A stretch of DNA of 64,000 bases from NCBI GenBank assembly GCA_963833985.1, contig CAWIAD010000001.1:3360001-3424000 (forward strand), in the 5' to 3' direction. The notes below the pieces were generated by a model. The model was given only the letters and a program-made list of their open reading frames with translations, was not told the origin of the DNA and searched no databases. Source of the DNA: an uncultured Planctomycetaceae bacterium. Its GTDB lineage: Bacteria > Planctomycetota > Planctomycetia > Isosphaerales > Isosphaeraceae. Made by a program: the position numbers and the translations under genes. Positions 10,726 through 21,125 of this stretch are shown here, piece by piece (position 1 is the stretch's first letter; the number at the start of each line of letters is the position of its first letter).

Positions 10726-11935
10726 TCAATGCCGCGGCCCCGCGCCGACCCGGCTGGAGAGCTGCTCTGCCCGTTTCTCGAGGAACTGGCCGGCGCGCTC
10801 GCGGCCATAAGAGATCAGGCCGTTCAAGAACGCGGCGCTGCGGTCAAACCGGGACGAATCATCAAGGTTATGCTCCATGACAATCCGATGGATTTCGATG
10901 AACCGAGAATCCCCGCCGATCAGCCTGCCTTGCTCCAGCAGCCGGTTGATCGATCGGATGAAACGGACCTCCTGCTCCAGGACCTGGCTACTGGCCAGCT
11001 CAACTGGATCCACGGCGCAGACAGGGAAGGCCCCGGCACGCCGGTCCTCAACCTTGTTGATCTGGATGAGCCAGATCTCACTCGGCTTGAGCCGGGCCAG
11101 TTCGCGAACGGGTGAGCCTGTGGCGAGGACAGCCCCTACGTCGCGAGAGTGCCGCGGGGCAAGGCAGAACCCGGGTTGCGATCTTCAAGGTCTCCATGTC
11201 GACCTCGGCCCCGCGCTGGACGTCGAGAGTGCCGTTTGCATCGGCGGTGCCGATCACGAGTTGCGTCGAGCCGGCTCCCCCGGCCTGTGACCGTGCTCGC
11301 GTGGCATGCCAATCGAGCCGACGTCCCAGCAAACCGCAGAGTTGCTCGGTACTCAGGGCCGTGACATCCTGAAGCCCATGAACCGGAAGCGGCACGAGTG
11401 CTCGAAGTTGCAGCGCGATCTGGGCGGAGTAGTTCAGCAGGGCGTCCACCACGGAGGCTGACGAGTAGTCGCGCCAGAAGCCTTCCAGCTGCTCCACGGC
11501 CTGGTGCGGCCCGCCGCGGAGTAATCCGTCCCAGGCAAGGACTGCGCAGAGAGATCCGAACGACGTGCCCGCCAGCGCAACGACCTCGATCTCGCTGCTG
11601 CCTTGCTCCAGCAGCCCTTGGAGCACGCCGGCCGTGAAGGCCGCCTGGCTGCCCGTGCCCTGGCACATCACGGCGACGCGTCTGCGGTCCGCGACGGGAC
11701 CGGAAGAGTCGGTTGCCCGCGGGTCGCCAGTGCCGGGGCCGAACGGCTCGTCGCCGAGCAGCACGTCCCGCAGCGTTGCGAACTGTTCGTGGTCGATCCG
11801 GCCTGTGTCCCGCAGGTCCTGGATCTCCTCCAGGCAAAGCTCGACCGCCTCGTCCTTGCCCGGGTAAAACGCGTGCCGAGCGATACGCGTCACCGATCCC
11901 TTCAACTTCTGGAAATAGGTGGCATTGTCCAGCAT
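10726..11935 (-). CDS. Patatin-like protein with N-terminal extension, frameshifted near 11140
   Basis: CQGTGSQAAFTAGVL and GTSFG in ORF 11078..12073 (start MLDN at 11935 after GAGG). The C-terminal part is in the frame of ORF 10726..11013. Confidence 0.7.
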
Positions 11936-12074
11936 GGCACCCTCAGGGCCAGCAAAATGGTGCGGGGTGGCAGTTCCCGCCCATTCCGGCCCTTTGCATT
12001 CGTGGACCTGAGCCGCCCGGGCTCTTTCACCAGGACCTTCCGCCCGCTCATGGTCAAGCACGACCCGCTGCAAG

Positions 12075-12979
12075 GTCTATTATCAGTATTGCCGATATGG
12101 GTCTGGAGGATGCAACGAAAAACGAAGCAATATTCAATATAGTTCGCATCGGTCCTGTGCACGGCCACGGGGTATTGCTTGAAAAAGAGTTTAATCTCGG
12201 ACAGAGTTGAAGAGTTGTCCCGGACATGACATTAAACTGTGCCCGGCAGTCCTACCCCTGCTGGCATCATTGGGTGGGTTGGCGGCAGAAAGGGCATCCG
12301 GCTGTAAAACCTTGCACACACCTCAGTGAGTCCTTCTCCCTACCTCTGCTCTTCAGTTGTCCCTCCGCAACTGGACATTGTCTGGATGGGGGGTTGGCTT
12401 GGAGCAGAGATGGATGGAGGGCTCAAAGAGGGAAACGTCCAATCCGTGCGTAGCACGGACAAACTCAAACAATGCTCAAGATCTGAGGTTTGAAAAATCG
12501 ACGAAAAATGCGGAGAGAATCATACAAATTGAATTTACCTGTCGGGTTTAAGTCGTGGGATGATGGGTTGAAGCTGTCGGGTCAAGACAAACACGCAATC
12601 AAGCTTGTGACAGGCTGCAAGCTTCATGACATCCGATGGTGAGATCTTGTGCATGTTCACTTCCCTGCGGTTGGTGAGAAAGAGAATGGCTGCCAAAGCA
12701 TCGTACGTGACGTCGTACACCTCAATGCGTGACCGCATTCCGCGACTCTCTTTGTTTCTCACAAGCAAGAAGAGCTGATTGCCGAGAATCGCTGCCGAGC
12801 TCATATGAACCATTTCACTCTCACGCACCCACTGATCAACACGCGGATGGTCATCGTCCAATAGCGGCAGTCCGATCACGTTCGATTGGCTGGGCTGCGG
12901 GTCTGTACCTAGCGGCGGGATCTGCGCGAAAACAATAGCAAACTTTATTATAATTGTAATTATAATAAACTTTATATAT
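12075..12979 (-). other. Probable eukaryotic (animal-like) genomic fragment with GT-AG introns
   Basis: GC drops sharply relative to 1-12075. On the minus strand an AT-rich tract ends ttttcgcgcag|, an open exon runs ~12922-12539, then donor |gtaaat and a ~56-nt intron ending ttttcaaacctcag|. Confidence 0.45.
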
Positions 12980-13015
12980 CCCCAAAACCCCAAAACCCCA
13001 AAACCCCAAAACCCC
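12980..13015 (+). repeat. Spirotrich ciliate telomere (C4A4)4C4, 36 nt
   Basis: Perfect ccccaaaaccccaaaaccccaaaaccccaaaacccc directly followed by AT-rich coding DNA that uses TAR as Gln. Confidence 0.93.
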
Positions 13016-13027
13016 AATCGATTGAAT

Positions 13028-16000
13028 TCATTAAGAACTTAATTCCTCTATAATCTTCATCATAATTTTCATGACATGTTCACCTTCTGATCATACTTAT
13101 TCAGGATCTTCATTCATCTTCTCTACTTTTTATTTTAGAACTTCAATATCATCCCTAACAGGAGCTTTCTTATCTGGATTAACAAAAGATTCTAACTCCC
13201 CATAGCTTAGTCCTAGTATATCTTATCCTTACTTGTAGATATCTTCATTGTCTCAGCATGGAATCTCATCAAGATGAACTCATTGCTAATGAGAACCTAT
13301 AGATCAAATCAAGTCAAAGGCTACTGCTCTGATTATGAACATTCCTGATTTAGCTGTGTCTCATATTTGATCTAGCTTTTAGTTCATCTAATTCAATTTC
13401 TTCATATCTTTACCTAAATCCTACTTTAAGGATTTCTGCATCGAATCAATATCTGATACTAAAGATTCATTTTCTTGTTATAACTATCCTACTTTCATCT
13501 TTAAGCTCGATATCTATTATTCCTTTCTATCTATTTCAGACTTATATTTCTTCTTAATTTCCTTTACTTATGATTCTAATAAATCTTCACTATTGGATTA
13601 TTTAGGTAGAGGCTGTTACTAAGCCTTCTATTTAAGATCTTTTGTAATTGTTTCTTTTCACTGGACATCTAATTTAAGTGATTTTATTTATTCTCTTTAT
13701 TTCTCTAAGTCCTCAGATAATACTTATTCTCATTACTTAAGTTCATCTAATTGTTGTTTCAATTCTTTTATTCATGCATCTTTCCTACTTAATTCTTTCT
13801 ACATTTTACATATTTTCTCTAGATCTTCCTTTCATTCCTCGAGTTCTTCACATACTTTCTCTGCTTCCTACATTGACTATGTCTTCTCTTCTTTAATTTT
13901 CTACACTAGATCTTTCTTTCACTATAACTCTTCTTTCATCTACTTAACCTAGCTTTATAGCTCTCTTTCAACTTCTTTACTTTTCTAATACTATTCTGGA
14001 CATATCCAACTCTACTTCATTTTCTACACCTCTTATCTTAGTTCTTCTCTCTCTTACTTCATCTACTTATTCATCTCCTTGACCTCCTTCTTCTTCTCAT
14101 CTAATTATTGCCTCATAGTCAATTCATTCTACTCTTTCTCCTCTACTTGTTTATTCAGCTATTCGTTCTCATCTCATAACCTATGCATCATAGTCTTCAA
14201 CTCACTACTCTCATTCATATGCTTTATCGCCTTAGACTCTGAGAATGCCAATTACTTCATAGTTTACAGATCACCTATGCACAGATCTTCATTCTTTTGC
14301 GATTTCTTTGATTCTTTTAGTTGTTATTGTAAAGATTTTACCACAGCCTCTCTTTGGGATAGTTCAAACAGAAGGTTAGGAAGTTGGTTATCTTAGCCTT
14401 GCTTAAGCTTAGAAAATTCAGAAGAGATACGAGTTCACATGAATTCTATCTATGATTCATACATATTGACAACTTACTAGTTCTAAGCCTGGATTGATTA
14501 AATTTCTTTCTTGAAATCCTATGCTAGAGTGTCTAGCTCTAGTTACTTGTCTGATAACTATGCTTAGAGTTATTAACATCTAAGTTCTAAATCTCTTACC
14601 TTATGTACTTCAAATTACTCTATCTTCGAGAATGATAACTATGTTTACTCTATTTAGGAGTTTAGTCTAAATGTTCCTTCCTTTAGCTCTTCATTTTCAC
14701 ATTATAACAACTAAACTTATCCTTATCTGTCTTATAATTGCTATTAAGCTATCTTTAACTGCTTCTTTATATTCTTCTTCTCTGTCTCAAGTTACTATAC
14801 CTTCTTGATGATTTCCTCTATTTCTTAAGTCTAAGATGATTAAAGGGCTTAATATCATTAGTTTAGATCCTCTAGCATTTAAAGAGTATTTGATTAATCT
14901 TCTTTTAACAGAATAAGTTACTACTCTTTGTATTTCAATTCTACTAATGCTTTCTATAAATCTTATCTCACAGAATAACTGTCTTCATTTTATACTTCTG
15001 TTCTATTCAAAGATTAATTCTCCTTGAATTTCTACATTCAGAGTATTTCTTCAGTAAGCTCATTAATTTTATCTCTCTACTACTTCACTATATTCTCTTC
15101 TTTAATCTTCTTCCCTCATGCAGAATCTATAAATCCTTCAGTATCCGAATGAGAATGTCGAGGTCCACTTGTCTATCTATACTTCGACTTCTTCTTAATA
15201 GAAGTAGCCAACTTTGATTTCTCTTCTATCCAAGACTCTTCAGAGGATTTCACTTAGGAAAGTTTCTATTGTAATAATTTATTTTCTGATTCTAGAAGTT
15301 TTAATAAGGATGATGATTGTCAAGAACTTTGTAATGAATCTTCTAAAAGTCATGATTAGGCAAGATCATTTGATAATAGTTTGTTTTATGTTTGAAGAGA
15401 TGTTATTTGCTGTTTAAGATCTTTGATAGGAGATGAATTGTCTTCAATATTCGATTATGGGGCTTAGTTAGTAGCTTATATCAAATTCTTTAGATCAGAT
15501 ATTTCTCTTTCTTTTGAAGAATTGCTCTCTTTAATCTTCTTTAATTCAGATTTCAACTATAGATTTTCAGAATCAAATTTCTCATTTTATTTCATCATAA
15601 GCTCAGCATTCTATCCTATGGCTTTCACTTTATCATTTAAAGATTTCTCATTCTATCACATTATATACATCCGTTCCTCTAATTCTTTCCCTACTTCCTC
15701 TGCTACTTTCAATTTATCTTTATACATTTCTATCTCAGATCTTCCAGAATGAGGAATCTACTCAATATCTGATTTGATCAGAATACAAGTTGAATGAATT
15801 GATGATACCTCTCAAAACACTTCTTGTAGATTCTTAGCTAGTCCCTTAATAGAAGCATTAAATTAGATTGTTCCAGTGATTTGCTAAGAAAGTTTATCTA
15901 CCTAACTTTATAACTCAATAAATTGTTTCTCTACAATAGAGGATTGAGTTTCTAAAAGTTCAAGATACCATATATTTCATTCTTATTCACCAGTAGGAAC

Positions 16001-17839
16001 ATAGTTGACAAGATGATCTATCTAATGACCTGAATTTCATTGAAGAATAGATGAAATTGTTTGTGATAGTTATCTAATCACAAGTCTTTATGTTCATTCA
16101 ACTGATGATTAAGATTGCAAAGGAGCATGCTCTTACTAAATTGAATCAAATGCTGAATATGTAAGAGAATCTCTTCTATCATTTCTATGTGTAAGCACAG
16201 AAGCTGTCAGAGTATCATTAAGAGCAGTATTCTTTACAGTGGATTACATTTCCTTTTCACATACATAACTAGCCAAGTATAAAATTGTATCAATGAATGG
16301 ATCTATCTCTTCACTTGATTAATAATTAAGTGCTGTTTAACCATAAGATTCTAAAGCCTCTGCTTCTCTTATTCTAATCTCTTCGATCTATTTAGATTCT
16401 GAAGGTTGAAGAATTGAACTTTTGTATACAGATCCGGGCTATAGTTCATCAATATCAAATGCTTTATCTCTCTATTTTCTATTTGATGAGTATTGATTAT
16501 CATCATAGCATGCTTCAATCTCTCACAATCATTCATTTTGTTTCTGTATAGTTCATAAGTATTCTTTCTCTTTTCTTCCACATCTTCTAACTTCACATAT
16601 TGCCTTTCCTTCTAATCTTTTAGACTATATTATCATTTCTGTCAATATTGAAGGAGCAACAACAAATTCTCATGGTTTCAATAACCCTGCATTTATTTGG
16701 TTAACTATCTACATTGATGAATTCTCAAAACTTTATTCTTTGCCTTTCTTCTTTATACTACTAACTTCCTATTTCTATTAAGGTTTATTCAAAATAGATT
16801 CTAAATCTTATATTTCCTTTTCTTTAGTAAACACAAGATCAGATAATGATGCAGCTCTTTCTTCACTCTCCTCAAGTTGTCACATATAATATTCTAATTT
16901 AGATATTAGATTATCGTTCTACTTCTCTAACTCTTGGTTTTCGGTTAAGAATTGTTATTTAGATTGTAGAAGCTCACCTGGTGATTATCCAGGCTCATAT
17001 TTATCAAGAACTTATTTTAATCAATGCTCACATTCTAGTCTCATTATTGAAAGTTGCTTCTCATATTCTTCTCTTAAATTGTCAATAGAATGTTGATCAA
17101 CTGATTATGAAACTTACTTTTGACTTTATTCAAGGATTTATATTTCTTTTCGTAATTCATCAATTTGAATGTCTCTAAGTGTTAATTCCCTTCTTAGTTA
17201 TAATATTTATTCTTCATCAACTAAAATAATAGGATTCATCTACTTCACTTCTATGGGTTTCTATTTTCTAAAATCTTCAATCAACATTTCTTTATCTAGA
17301 AGTTCTTAGGATAGAGTCCTGTTTAGTTCTCATATTTCAATTATCTCATTAAGAATGCACTGCTCGGATGTCTTTATTGCAATGAGTTCTTTAGATAAAG
17401 ATTCATTAATGTTCTAAGAAGTTCCTAAGACGACTGTTCATAGATGATTATCAAAATAAGATTATAGTTAATCTCTCATAATATTTGTAAAGTCTTCTTT
17501 AGATGATTTAGTTTACTTTGATTACTTCAATTTATCTATCTAGAGTTTTAACTATAATCTTGTTTGTTATTCACTATAAAGTTTTGAATTTGTTTCATTT
17601 TAAAGCTTTTATACATCTTTAATTAAGGATGCACATTCTTTAAGTTTGGATTACTAGTGATGAATTGATTATTCTAATTATATAAATATTTTATTTTCCA
17701 ACTACTATAGATTTAATTCTTCTAAATTTGTGCTATTTAATCAATCAACAAATTTATTGGTCTAGAATCAACTTTATTTTAAAATATTCTTTGTATTCTA
17801 ACTCAACTAAGATCTTTTACTCTATGATTGATTTGAATC
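13028..17839 (-). CDS. Large coiled-coil protein (~1,600 codons, 5'-truncated) in a ciliate code with TAA/TAG=Gln and internal TGA sense codons
   Basis: Hand translation gives one unbroken frame rich in E/K/Q/L, e.g. KELSRKDA*IKELKQQLDELKQ*EQVL and HRL*DENEQLNKQVEEKEQNELTMRQQLDEKKKEVKEM (*=TGA). The standard-code ORF track misses it. Confidence 0.88.
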
Positions 17840-18434
17840 TCACCGTCGGAGGTTTGGTGAACATGCCGCCGATGATGTCGCCTGCGGCGGAGAACATCTG
17901 ATAGGTGCCCAAGGCCCCGGTGCTGGCTTCCGCCTTCTGCCAGCCGAAAACTTCATGGTAGAAGGCGAACGCTTTCTCCCCCAATCGCCCGCAAACAATT
18001 CATGCCAACAAACGCCCCCCGGCCCGTCCAGCGCGGCAGGTTGCTTCGGGCCGGGGTTGTGCCACTTGAGCAATGCAAGCGCTGCCATTTGCGGGTCGGC
18101 GACGACCGATAAGCGGCTGATGTTCGGGATATCCATCGGCGGAACATGCACCAGGATCCACCAAATCTAACGATCCGGCCGGCGACGGCATCGACGTCGT
18201 CGACACCGACATACCCGATCCAGATTGGCTTCGCGCCCGCTCTCTGCGCATCCTGCGGCAGGCTCGTCAGCCCGCCGACCGCGACGTCGCCGACGGTAAA
18301 CAGTGTATAGGCCGCGCCCGGCGTCGACGCGTCCTGCATAACCAGCCGACCACCCTGGTGTAGAAGGCCTTGGCGGCCTCCATGTCCATCGTCGTCAGTT
18401 CGTACCAGACAAAACGGCCACGATAATCGACCAT
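17840..18434 (-). CDS. VOC/glyoxalase family protein, frameshifted and 3'-truncated at the junction
   Basis: MVDYRGRFVWYELTTMD, WIGYVGVDDVDA, FCWHEL-like segment, GGMFTKPPTV. Confidence 0.8.
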
Positions 18435-18586
18435 GGACTACTTATCCGCTCAAGGGTGAAGGATTTCGATCTAAACGACCAATAGCAAAAACTATGTTTT
18501 TTGATCGCCGCTCACGCGAGCAAGCCAAAAAGATTAGAGGTGGCGTCATGGTGGTTGTAGCTGTGCGTTCGGAATTGCATATCGTC

Positions 18587-19774
18587 TCAGTAGGATTTCG
18601 GAAGACCGAGCACTTTTTCGGCGACCAACGAGAGAATGAGTTGCTCGGTGATCGGCGCGATGCGGGTAAGCGTCACTTCGCGCAGCAGGCGCTCGACATG
18701 ATATTCTTTGGCATATCCGAACCCGCCATGCGTTAGCACGGCGGTCAGGCAGGCGTCATGCCCGGCGCGCGCGCCCAGGAATTTTGCCGCGTTGGCCTCT
18801 GCGCCGCACGGCTCGCGACGGTCATAGAGATCAGCGGCGCGTGCCGCCATCGGATGAGCTGAATTCCAGATACATCCGAGCATTCGGCGAGCGGATGTTA
18901 AATCCCCTGGTTCTTGCCGATCGGCCGGTCGAAGACGACGCGTTCGCGCGCGTATTTGGCTGCCCGGCGCAACGCATCCTGACCGATACCGATCGCCTCC
19001 ATCGCGATCAGCACACGCTCGGGATTGAGGCTATCGAGAATGTAGCTGAAACCCCTGCCTTCCTCGCCGATCCGATGCGCTTCAGGAACAAAAAGCGAGT
19101 CGATGAATAGGGCGTTGAAGTCGACGGCCTTGCGTCCCCATTTTCGGGATCCTGCGGACCTCGATCTTGGAGCGATCGAGGTCGGTGTAAAAGATCGTGA
19201 TGCCGTCGGTCGGGCGCCTGGCGTCCTCATAACGCGTGGTGCGCGTCAGCAGCATGATCTTGTTGGCGACCTGGGCCGTCGACGTCCACACCTTCTGGCC
19301 GCGCACGACGTAACCGCCCGCCACCTTCTCGGCGAAAGTCTTGATGCGGGCGGTGTCGAGGCCCGCGTCGGGTTCGGTGAAACCGAAACAGCATTGGTCG
19401 GTGCCCGCCACCAGCGCCGGAATCCACTCCGTTTTCTGGGCGGGCGTGCCGTGAACGACGATCGGATGCGGCCCGAACAGATTGACGTGCACCGACGAGG
19501 CCGCCGCCATGCCGCCGCCGTGGCTGGAAACCTCATGCATCATGACGGCTGCCTCGGTGACGCCGAGACCCGAGCCGCCATATTCCTCGGGCATGGTGAT
19601 GCCGAGCCAGCCATTATCGGCCATGGCGCGATGAAATTCCTTGGGAAATTCCCCGTCTTCGTCGCGCGCCAGCCAGTACTCGTCGTCGAAACCGGTAACG
19701 ACAGTGCGGACGCCTTGTCTGATGGCGTCGAGATGCGTCTGGCGATTGTGATCGACGGGATTGTACGAATTCAT
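18587..19774 (-). CDS. Acyl-CoA dehydrogenase (frameshifted)
   Basis: FGFTEPDAGLD, GQKVWTS, LNPERVLIA, RVVFDRPIGKNQGI, HGGFGYAKEYHVER, spread over three frames. Confidence 0.9.
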
Positions 19775-19933
19775 TTTCGTTAACTCGCGGACATTAAATC
19801 GATACTGGTGCGCCCGAGCAATGTCTCATGCAAACCGGGCTGCATGGACGCCTTGCGCCGGCACGTGTAGTCATGCGCGATAGCGGATGGTATTGCCCCC
19901 GATAATTCACCGGACATCAAGAGCGCTCACTGA

Positions 19934-20986
19934 ATGCAGTCCCCGACACCCAGCCCCCCCGCGCAGATCAAATTCGCATTTCCGACGCCTCCCGAGGCCG
20001 GCCGCACGATCGAGGTCGCTCCGGGCGTCCTTTGGGCGCGGCTGGCGCTGCCGTTCCTCCTGGACCACGTCAATATCTATTTCGTCGATGACGGCGACGG
20101 CTGGGCCCTGATCGACACCGGCCTCGGCGACAAGGCGACGAAGGTCGCCTGGCAGCCGCTGCTCGAGGGTGTGCTGAAAGACCGACCGCTGACGCGGATC
20201 ATAGCCACGCATTTTCATCCCGATCATGTCGGCGCGGCGGGCTTTCTCCTCGAACGTTTCGATGTTCCGCTCTACATGTCCGCCACGGAATATCTGCAGA
20301 GCCTCAATCTGCATCTCGATCCCGGTGCGCTCGAAGCCGAACACTATCGGCGCTTCTACCTTGATCACGGGCTTGACGCCGTAACGACCCAGGCCGTGGT
20401 CACCAGCGGGCACGCTTATCTCAAACTGATGTCGGGGTTATCGCCCACCTACTATCGCGTCGTCGCCGGCGACGTGCTGCGCATCGGTGGACGTGACTTC
20501 GAGGTGTTGACCGGCGGGGGGCATTCGCCCGAGCAGATCATGCTGGTGTGCCGCGCCGACAAGCTGTTCTTTTCCGCCGACCAGGTGCTGGCCAAGATTT
20601 CCCCGAATATCAGCGTGTCTGCGATCGATCCGGAAGGTGATCCTCTTGGACAATATCTGCGGTCGCTGGATGCGATCGGCGGCGGCATCAATGGCGACCT
20701 CCTTGTGCTTCCCGGGCACAACCTGCCGTTCTATGGACTGCATACCCGCATCGATGCGCTGGTTGCCCACCATCACGCGCGCTGCGATCAGATCCTGCGC
20801 GCTTGCCGGACGGAGCCCCGATCGGCGGCCGAACTGGTCCCCTTCGTTTTCACACGCAAGCTTGATCCGCACCAGATGGGCTTTGCGTTTGGCGAGGTGC
20901 TCGCGCACGTGAACTTTATGCTGCGCCGGGGCGCGCTGAAGCCGATCGGCACTGCTGACGGCATTCGCCGCACGGTCGTTGCCTGA
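19934..20986 (+). CDS. Metallo-beta-lactamase fold hydrolase
   Basis: THFHPDHVG, GHSPEQ, LPGH. Confidence 0.9.
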   Translation: MQSPTPSPPAQIKFAFPTPPEAGRTIEVAPGVLWARLALPFLLDHVNIYFVDDGDGWALIDTGLGDKATKVAWQPLLEGVLKDRPLTRIIATHFHPDHVGAAGFLLERFDVPLYMSATEYLQSLNLHLDPGALEAEHYRRFYLDHGLDAVTTQAVVTSGHAYLKLMSGLSPTYYRVVAGDVLRIGGRDFEVLTGGGHSPEQIMLVCRADKLFFSADQVLAKISPNISVSAIDPEGDPLGQYLRSLDAIGGGINGDLLVLPGHNLPFYGLHTRIDALVAHHHARCDQILRACRTEPRSAAELVPFVFTRKLDPHQMGFAFGEVLAHVNFMLRRGALKPIGTADGIRRTVVA

Positions 20987-21125
20987 TAGCCGCTGCCGCA
21001 GAGCGCCGGCCATTCGGCTCGGTATCGACGGCTGGCCCGGTGAGCGGCTAGGCTCCGGCAAATAGAAGCCGCTCCTCCTAAAGGTGGCCTGCGCTAGCCG
21101 GCGTGGACCGCATCAGGGGACAAAA

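Noticed and set aside
9637..11115. 492-aa plus-strand ORF and similar long antisense ORFs across the GC-rich segments
   Set aside because: They overlap well-supported genes on the opposite strand and have no motifs, as expected for shadow ORFs in high-GC DNA.
12535..13017. 160-aa ORF starting MGFWGFGVLGFWG
   Set aside because: Its N-terminus is translated telomere repeat plus AT-rich intron-like sequence, and it crosses a junction.
14079..16596. Short standard-code ORFs in the AT-rich segment (14079, 15214, 15522, 16369)
   Set aside because: They are antisense or off-frame shadows of the long recoded gene. I considered a frameshift into the 16369..16596 frame, but the main frame reads coherently through it (EKEYL*TIQKQNE*L*EIE).
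13028..17839. Non-coding DNA or a pseudogene full of nonsense mutations
   Set aside because: One frame holds for about 1,600 codons with protein-like composition and no indels, ends next to a telomere, and shows no excess of TGG/TGY as general CpG decay would give. Disfavoured, but not formally excluded.
13028..17839. Euplotes code (UGA=Cys, UAR=stop) or selenocysteine
   Set aside because: TAA/TAG are abundant in frame, and 32 TGA codons at charged coiled-coil positions do not fit Cys or Sec.
12075..17840. Eukaryote-to-bacterium horizontal transfer or an integrated element
   Set aside because: The flanks appear to come from different bacterial phyla, genes are cut mid-CDS, and there is no integrase, target duplication or terminal repeat.
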